From Eledone cirrhosa (Eukaryota), in the NCBI GenBank assembly GCA_964016885.1, contig OZ024740.1:182590001-182654000 (forward strand): a stretch of DNA of 64,000 nucleotides, in the 5' to 3' direction. A program made the translations under genes and the position numbers. Each line of letters starts with the position of its first letter. Within the stretch, counting starts at the first letter, position 1. This document shows positions 55,950 to 64,000 of this stretch, one piece after another. The notes under the pieces were generated by a model. That model was given only the letters and a program-made list of their open reading frames with translations, did no database searches and had not been told where the DNA came from.

Positions 55950-57744
55950 ATCCACCCGGAGAGTGCTTGTCGGAAGTCTCCGATGTCTTTGGAGAATTTT
56001 TGTTTTAGTGTCGTGTACGTTTCCTATGTGATGCAAGTGATTTGTATGTGTGGAGGTGGTGTGAACTTTTGGGTTGTTGTGTAGTCTTTTTCATTGATGC
56101 TGGTGTTGTGTTGGATGTAGTGTAATAATTGGTTGTTGTTCAAATTTAATGCTGTGTAGTGTGTATCGTTCTGGTTGTTTTGTTTTGTTTGCGTTTGTTG
56201 TGGGTTTGTTTCTGTTTCGCTTTTTGGTGACTTTTGTGGTGTTGGTGATGGTGGTGTTGGGGTTAATGATGGTGTTGGTGTTTGTGGTGATGGGGTTGGT
56301 GATGCTGGTGTGGATGGTGGCATATCTGTCCTAAGTTTTTTGTTTGACAGTTTATTTTTTTCCCTCTGTATTTTGTTTTTGGAGGGGGAGGGAAGAGATT
56401 TTTTTTCTTTTTTGGTTTCTTTTTTCCTGATACCGTTTACCTCTCCATGCCGTCACAATCTGTCTCCAGTTGTGATAGGCCGGGGAGTGGAAAATTCTCC
56501 ACAGGCGTTGGTTTAGGTTGTGGCGTGGTGGATGGTGTAGGCGCTGGTGCTAGTTCTGGCGCGTTCGGTGGTGGTGGTGTTGGTTTTGCTTGTTGTTGAG
56601 GTTGTTGCTGTTACAGTTGCTTCTGTTGTTGCTGCCATCTCTGCTGCTGGTGGTGTTGATGGTTGAGTCACTGGGGTAGGTAAGAGAGGTGGCCTCAACC
56701 TTTTAGCCTGAGGGCAGAAAGCCCTTAGGTGGGTTCCTTCACCACAAACTCACACCTAGGCCTTCAGCCCTCGACGATTACGGTGAGGTGGCTGCCGTCA
56801 GTGAGGTCTATTACCTCTGGGATCTCCTCAATGCTTTTTGGGTCCGCTTGGATCAAGAGCTCCATCCCAGATCCGGACCAGTTCTCCTGCTTTTCTTTCG
56901 CTATTTCGATTATCTTGGTGTTGGCTTCGATGCCGGCGAGGACGGCAGCTATTAGCAAGGGAATTTCGATGGCCGGTGGAACGTGGGTCACCCTGATCTT
57001 CACGAGTCTCTGGCCACAATAGCTTGGGACGAGTGTGAAGTCGTCACTTCTTAATGGGGCCATGGAGTGTTCTCTGGCCTTCTGTAGTGTTTCAAAGAAC
57101 ACGTCCACGGTTCCATATTTCTGCCCACATCTGATATAGGTTTTTTTTGCCCACACATGTCCCAAAGCTTTTTGGATTTGGGACTCGGATGCCGATTCCA
57201 CTCGGCGCGATTTTATGCTAATCATCCGATAAGACACGGTGCATAGGCGCCAATACTCCATTTTAATAGGGAGGGCTGACCCTGTACCCATCTTTCTTTA
57301 CCATTTTTTTGGCTTCTTCTAATTCCCCCTGAGATACCTGGAATGCTTCGCACTGTTTTGCTATTCTGGCAAAACTCAGGGTGGTTTTCTTAATTTCATT
57401 GTTGCTGTTATCGTTATTTTTGTTGTTGTTAATTTTTGTTTCAGTTGTGGTGGTGGCGACATCAGTGGTGTTCGGTGTGGAAGAGTTCATTTTGGTTGAA
57501 TTCATTTCGATATCACGAGTTAATTTTTTTGTTTTGTTTCTGTTGTCGCTGTGGTGGTGATGGGGGTGGCGGCTTTAACACCTGCAGTCATTGGTAATGG
57601 CGGGAAATGAATGTCTGCCTGAGACAAATTTAAAATATTGCTACTGCTTATATTTTTAGTGTTGGCAAATATAGTAATATTTATAATGGTGGTGTCGGTG
57701 TGAGGTGTTAGTTTGTGAGGAAGTTGTGACTTTGAGTCGTCCAT
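55950..57744 (-). pseudogene. Tx1 ORF1 (frameshifted)
   Basis: Low-complexity N-terminus, TLSFARIAK, RRM-like middle region, VIVEG followed by a Cys/His knuckle, Pro/Thr-rich tail. Confidence 0.7.
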
Positions 57745-57958
57745 GGTTTTTCAAAGAAAAATGTTTGTTTCATAATTATAAAAGTTTAAATTTTGGGCTC
57801 AAGGCCCCAATCTTTTTGGGTGTCCTTTTCAGATAACAATGTATGTGCACTTATATACAGTTAACAATAAAACATTTCGATAAATGGCAATTTTAAACAA
57901 CTGAAAATAACAAACCTTTGCGGAGCTCACGATAATACGATTTACTACGTAGGTCGAC

Positions 57959-58013
<55 letters not shown>

Positions 58014-58626
58014 GATACGCACATGATGGATAGAGTGTTATTGAATCGCTCCCGTAAGTTTTTGATTTTTTACGTATTTAAAACCATTGTGATAGAATAA
58101 TTCTTATTACAAATGGAACATAAGATACAAGTTTTAACTCTCAGGAAGTGACAAAGCATCACATTATGACATAGGGCCCCAATATTTAATATTTAATTTT
58201 GGATCAGAAATGTTATCGTCAAAAAAGAAAATGGCTACAAACAACAGCCAAATAATTTCACCACCAACACCAACACCGCCACCACCACCATCACCACTAC
58301 CACAAAAAATCTAGCCAAACAAACCAACGGCTACATCAACACCATCACTATAGTACTACTAACCCAACACCACCACCACTGCATCATCGCTACCACCACT
58401 ATTCTCTCACTACCTCCAGTTAAGAGAGAGGCATGGTAGTAGTCCCACTAAACATGAATAGAAGCGAGGAAAGTATCAAAAGAAATAGACTGATTTAGTG
58501 ACCCGGTCAAACAGCTAACAGCAACAACAACAACACCAACATCATTATTGCTGTTGTACCTCTAAACTCTCTCAAAATGTTTAGTTTATACGATGTCAAA
58601 TCTAAACTATAATATAATAATAGTTG

Positions 58627-61600
58627 ATATAGACATAGAATATTCGAAAATATTCTGTATGTTTATAATAAACATTTTGAAGACCTAATCGCTATAGAAT
58701 AGAATACGTCACGTATTACAATTAGATTCTCGATAAAAGCAAGGGAAGTAATCTACGCGTTTCATTCTTGTTAGAAATCATCAGGACTACATATCCAGTG
58801 CTTTTATCGAGAATGACACAGCTAGAGACTTATAGAATACTTAGCTGTGTACAGGAACTGGTTTGAAAGAGCGGTTTCCGGTCCGGCAGAAATTAGAAAT
58901 TGGAATAAATGCTCTGAAATAGCGATATATATGTGAATATAGACATAGAATATTCGAAAATATTCTGTATGTTTATAATAAACATTTTGAAGACCTAATC
59001 GCTATAGAATAGAATACGCCACGTATTACAATTAGATTCTCGATAAAAGCAAGGGAAGTAATCTACGCGTTTCATTCTTGTTAGAAATCATCAGGACTAC
59101 ATATCCAGTGCTTTTATCGAGAATGACACAGCTAGAGACTTATAGAATACTTAGCTGTGTACAGGAACTGGTTTGAAAGAGCGGTTGCCGGTCCGGCAGA
59201 AATTAGAAATTGGAATAAATGCTCTGAAATAGCGATATATATGTGAATATAGACATAGAATATTCGAAAATATTCTGTATGTTTATAATAAACATTTTGA
59301 AGACCTAATCGCTATAGAATAGAATACGTCACGTATTACAATTAGATTCTCGATAAAAGCAAGGGAAGTAATCTACGCGTTTCATTCTTGTTAGAAATCA
59401 TCAGGACTACATATCCAGTGCTTTTATCGAGAATGACACAGCTAGAGACTTATAGAATACTTAGCTGTGTACAGGAACTGGTTTGAAAGAGCGGTTGCCG
59501 GTCCGGCAGAAATTAGAAATTGGAATAAATGCTCTGAAATAGCGATATATATGTGAATATAGACATAGAATATTCGAAAATATTCTGTATGTTTATAATA
59601 AACATTTTGAAGACCTAATCGCTATAGAATAGAATACGTCACGTATTACAATTAGATTCTCGATAAAAGCAAGGGAAGTAATCTACGCGTTTCATTCTTG
59701 TTAGAAATCATCAGGACTACATATCCAGTGCTTTTATCGAGAATGACACAGCTAGAGACTTATAGAATACTTAGCTGTGTACAGGAACTGGTTTGAAAGA
59801 GCGGTTGCCGGTCCGGCAGAAATTAGAAATTGGAATAAATGCTCTGAAATAGCGATATATATGTGAATATAGATATAGAATATTCGAAAATATTCTGTAT
59901 GTTTATAATAAACATTTTGAAGACCTAATCGCTATAGAATAGAATACGTCACGTATTACAATTAGATTCTCGATAAAAGCAAGGGAAGTAATCTACGCGT
60001 TTCATTCTTGTTAGAAATCATCAGGACTACATATCCAGTGCTTTTATCGAGAATGACACAGCTAGAGACTTATAGAATACTTAGCTGTGTACAGGAACTG
60101 GTTTGAAAGAGCGGTTGCCGGTCCGGCAGAAATTAGAAATTGGAATAAATGCTCTGAAATAGCGATATATATGTGAATATAGACATAGAATATTCGAAAA
60201 TATTCTGTATGTTTATAATAAACATTTTGAAGACCTAATCGCTATAGAATTGAATACGTCACGTATTACAATTAGATTCTCGATAAAAGCAAGGGAAGTA
60301 ATCTACGCGTTTCATTCTTGTTAGAAATCATCAGGACTACATATCCAGTGCTTTTATCGAGAATGACACAGCTAGAGACTTATAGAATACTTAGCTGTGT
60401 ACAGGAACTGGTTTGAAAGAGCGGTTGCAGGTCCGGCAGAAATTAGAAATTGGAATAAATGCTCTGAAATAGCGATTTCTGTCGGACCGGCAACCGCTCT
60501 TTCAAACCAGTTCCTGTACACAGCTAAGTATTCTATAAGTCTCTAGCTGTGTCATTCTCGATAAAAGCACTGGATATGTAGTCCTGATGATTTCTAACAA
60601 GAATGAAACGCGTAGATTACTTCCCTTGCTTTTATCGAGAATCTAATTGTAATACGTGACGTATTCTATTCTATAGCGATTAGGTCTTCAAAATGTTTAT
60701 TATAAACATACAGAATATTTTCGAATATTCTATGTCTATATTCACATATATATCGCTATTTCAGAGCATTTATTCCAATTTCTAATTTCTGCCGGACCGG
60801 CAACCGCTCTTTCAAACCAGTTCCTGTACACAGCTAAGTATTCTATAAGTCTCTAGCTGTGTCATTCTCGATAAAAGCACTGGATATGTAGTCCTGATGA
60901 TTTCTAACAAGAATGAAACGCGTAGATTACTTCCCTTGCTTTTATCGAGAATCTAATTGTAATACGTGACGTATTCTATTCTATAGCGATTAGGTCTTCA
61001 AAATGTTTATTATAAACATACAGAATATTTTCGAATATTCTATGTCTATATTCACATATATATCGCTATTTCAGAGCATTTATTCCAATTTCTAATTTCT
61101 GCCGGACCGGCAACCGCTCTTTCAAACCAGTTCCTGTACACAGCTAAGTATTCTATAAGTCTCTAGCTGTGTCATTCTCGATAAAAGCACTGGATATGTA
61201 GTCCTGATGATTTCTAACAAGAATGAAACGCGTAGATTACTTCCCTTGCTTTTATCGAGAATCTAATTGTAATACGTGACGTATTCTATTCTATAGCGAT
61301 TAGGTCTTCAAAATGTTTATTATAAACATACAGAATATTTTCGAATATTCTATGTCTATATTCACATATATATCGCTATTTCAGAGCATTTATTCCAATT
61401 TCTAATTTCTGCCGGACCGGCAACCGCTCTTTCAAACCAGTTCCTGTACACAGCTAAGTATTCTATAAGTCTCTAGCTGTGTCATTCTCGATAAAAGCAC
61501 TGGATATGTAGTCCTGATGATTTCTAACAAGAACGAAACGCGTAGATTACTTCCCTTGCTTTTATCGAGAATCTAATTGTAATACGTGACGTATTCTATT

Positions 61601-62336
61601 CTATAGCGATTAGGTCTTCAAAATGTTTATTATAAACATACAGAATATTTTCGAATATTCTATGTCTATATTCACATATATATCGCTATTTCAGAGCATT
61701 TATTCCAATTTCTAATTTCTGCCGGACCGGCAACCGCTCTTTCAAACCAGTTCCTGTACACAGCTAAGTATTCTATAAGTCTCTAGCTGTGTCATTCTCG
61801 ATAAAAGCACTGGATATGTAGTCCTGATGATTTCTAACAAGAATGAAACGCGTAGATTACTTCCCTTGCTTTTATCGAGAATCTAATTGTAATACGTGAC
61901 GTATTCTATTCTATAGCGATTAGGTCTTCAAAATGTTTATTATAAACATACAGAATATTTTCGAATATTCTATGTCTATATTCACATATATATCGCTATT
62001 TCAGAGCATTTATTCCAATTTCTAATTTCTGCCGGACCGGCAACCGCTCTTTCAAACCAGTTCCTGTACACAGCTAAGTATTCTATAAGTCTCTAGCTGT
62101 GTCATTCTCGATAAAAGCACTGGATATGTAGTCCTGATGATTTCTAACAAGAATGAAACGCGTAGATTACTTCCCTTGCTTTTATCGAGAATCTAATTGT
62201 AATACGTGACGTATTCTATTCTATAGCGATTAGGTCTTCAAAATGTTTATTATAAACATACAGAATATTTTCGAATATTCTATGTCTATATTCACATATA
62301 TATCGCTATTTCAGAGCATTTATTCCAATTTCTAAT
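58627..62336. repeat. Palindromic tandem array of 310-bp hammerhead-containing monomers (retrozyme), 6 minus + 6 plus
   Basis: Exact 310-bp period (agacatagaa at 58631, 58941, 59251...; g[ct]cggaccgg at 60481, 60791...62031); inversion at 60475-60476; TSD TAATAATAGTTG at 58615-58626 and 62333-62344. Confidence 0.96.
60578..60620 (+). ncRNA. Minimal type I hammerhead ribozyme (representative of 12 copies)
   Basis: gtagtc-CTGATGA-t ttct aaca agaa t-GAAA-cgcg-TA-gattac; plus copies start at 60578, 60888, 61198, 61508, 61818, 62128; minus copies at 58748-58790 + n*310. Confidence 0.92.
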
Positions 62337-62340
62337 AATA

Positions 62341-62615
62341 GTTGTTTCTACTTTTTTGGCGCAGGGCCAGCGATTGCCCAGTGCATTGCTGGTGCTTTGT
62401 TTTATCGACCCCGTATAATATAATAATAATAATTGTTTCTACTTTAGGAACAAGGCCAGCAAATTACCCCGTGCATTACTGGTACTTCATTTTATCGACC
62501 CCGTAAGGATGAAAGGCAAAGTCAACCTCGGCGGGATTTGAAATCAGATCGTAAACGGACGTAACTATGCTGGAAAGCATGGCGTCCGACCTTCTACCGA
62601 TACTGTCAATCCACC
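62341..62615 (-). mobile_element. SINE (same family as 19282-19489) plus an adjacent partial second tail
   Basis: ttatcgaccccgtaaggatgaaaggcaaagtcaacctcggcgggatttgaa; partial duplicate at 62341-62415. Confidence 0.8.
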
Positions 62616-62649
62616 AAGTTTTTATCTATTTATTTGTTTATTTATTTAT

Positions 62650-64000
62650 GTTCGTCTACAGCGTGATGGTGCCACGCTAAAATCACCGGGGGTGATCAAA
62701 TCACTGGGGGTGATGAAATCACAGGTGATTATGTAACCATACATTCACCAATCCTCGATATGAGTGTTTAAATGTCGAAACTAAACAGTTCGAATAATGG
62801 TGAAGAGGAGAGTGGAACGTTATGCGCCAGACTCTCACACAGCTGGTGCTCCCTGGCCCAGCAGCAGGGACCTGGCTGTCATCCAAATACTGCTAGTGTT
62901 GTAGGAAGAAGAAGGAAAGGTACAAGAACCAACTGGACGAAAGAATTGAATAGAAGTGTTATGCAATGTGACCTGAAGAGTAACCCCAAGGAAAAAGGCT
63001 AAAGGAAATTGATGCATAACATCTGGAACGAGATTGGTCTATTTAAATTAGATGAACAAAGATTGGCCGGGCAGGCTCGGGTAATAAGAACTAAATGATA
63101 GATAAGCGAGCTGGAACTGGAGGAACTGAGCAGAGAGATTAGGTTGGAAATGGAGAGTGGAGTATGCAAGGCAAACGAGCCAATGGGAAATGAAGGTGAA
63201 GAGTTTGAGAGAACGGAGAAAGCATCCGAAGCAGACAATGATCTAAATGCTGAAATAAATAATATCTGGAACAAAGATACGGCCATTGAGGATATGAATG
63301 CTGACGGGCTAGGACAAGATTTGGTTGATATCCTAAACTTAGTGGTAGATGAAATGAACAATGATAGTGGGAAACCTATGAACCTAAGATTGAACCTTCA
63401 CCAATGCAACAATATCCTCAAAGCAACAGCAAATGCGGTGAGGAAATTACTTGGCATAAAACGAGAGGAAACAACACAACAAACAAGAAAGATCAGAACC
63501 TTGGTGGAAGAAACGGCTGAGTGGTCAAATGAGGGAAATGAGAAATGACATTGGAAAGCTTGAGTCCCTACTGAATGGGACACTACAAAACATAGACACT
63601 AAAAATAGACTGGAAATAAAGTACAAAACTAGGAGGAAAAAGCTAAATATTATCATAGACGAACTGAAGCAATGCATTGTAGCAAAGGGTGCAAAGATTA
63701 GGCGATATGAAAGCAGAGTCAGTCAGTATAGACAGAACCACATGTTTGACAACAACCAGAAGATGTTGTTTGGACAGCTTGAAGGGAAAGAAAGAGGCAA
63801 CGACTTGATCCCTGAGGCGGAACAGACTAAGACATTCTGGAGAGGAATACGGGAGCAAGATGTTGAACATAATGATCAGGCAGTGTGGATTGAGACAGTA
63901 CAAAAGGAGATTAGTGAACAAGCACACCAACAAACTGATTTGAGTATTACAGTTGAAACTCTTAAAGGGCAGGCCAAAAAACTAAACCAACTGGAAATCA
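62650..64000 (+). mobile_element. 5' part of an R4/Dong-like non-LTR retrotransposon (decayed, runs off window)
   Basis: RTNWTKELNRSVMQC..SNPKEKG*RKLMHNIW..EQRLAGQARVI; EPWWKKRL; ELKQCIVAKGAKIRRYESRVSQYRQNHMF; FWRGI; clade assignment from recalled motifs. Confidence 0.7.

Larger units (their letters stand above)
52379..57957 (-). mobile_element. Full-length Tx1/L1-clade LINE inserted in (AAT)n
   Basis: 5' UTR, ORF1 (~57744-55950) with CCHC-like knuckle near 56715-56760, ORF2 APE-RT-zf; AATAAA near the 3' end; (AAT)n tracts at 52349-52378 and 57958-58012. Confidence 0.92.

Noticed and set aside
58627-62336. CRISPR array or ordinary centromeric satellite
   Set aside because: No unique spacers and eukaryotic context; the TSD and hammerheads indicate a retrotransposed unit
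58627-62336. Fold-back sequencing artefact
   Set aside because: Substitutions are not mirrored between arms, the junction is asymmetric, and the unique flanks differ while sharing a direct TSD; read-level confirmation is still needed

Overview
AT-rich eukaryotic (metazoan) genomic DNA made almost entirely of mobile elements and microsatellites. The SINE/RTE repertoire with (GAT)n tails suggests a coleoid cephalopod such as an octopus, but that is an inference. No host gene is confidently recognisable. Contents: a decayed mariner, a three-LTR Ty3/Gypsy element with a 4-bp TSD, two RTE LINEs carrying a PHD-like finger, several Penelope-like elements (Neptune-like and Naiad-like), a full-length Tx1/L1 LINE inside an (AAT)n tract, the 5' part of an R4/Dong-like LINE, SINEs, MITE-like hairpins and a 728-bp spacerless palindrome. 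The most notable feature is a 3.7-kb array of twelve near-identical 310-bp monomers (58627-62336). Each monomer carries a minimal type I hammerhead ribozyme; six lie on one strand and six on the other, and the array is bounded by a 12-bp target-site duplication. It looks like a single integration of a rolling-circle-copied retrozyme circRNA. At least four other hammerhead-bearing families occur between 20 and 42 kb.
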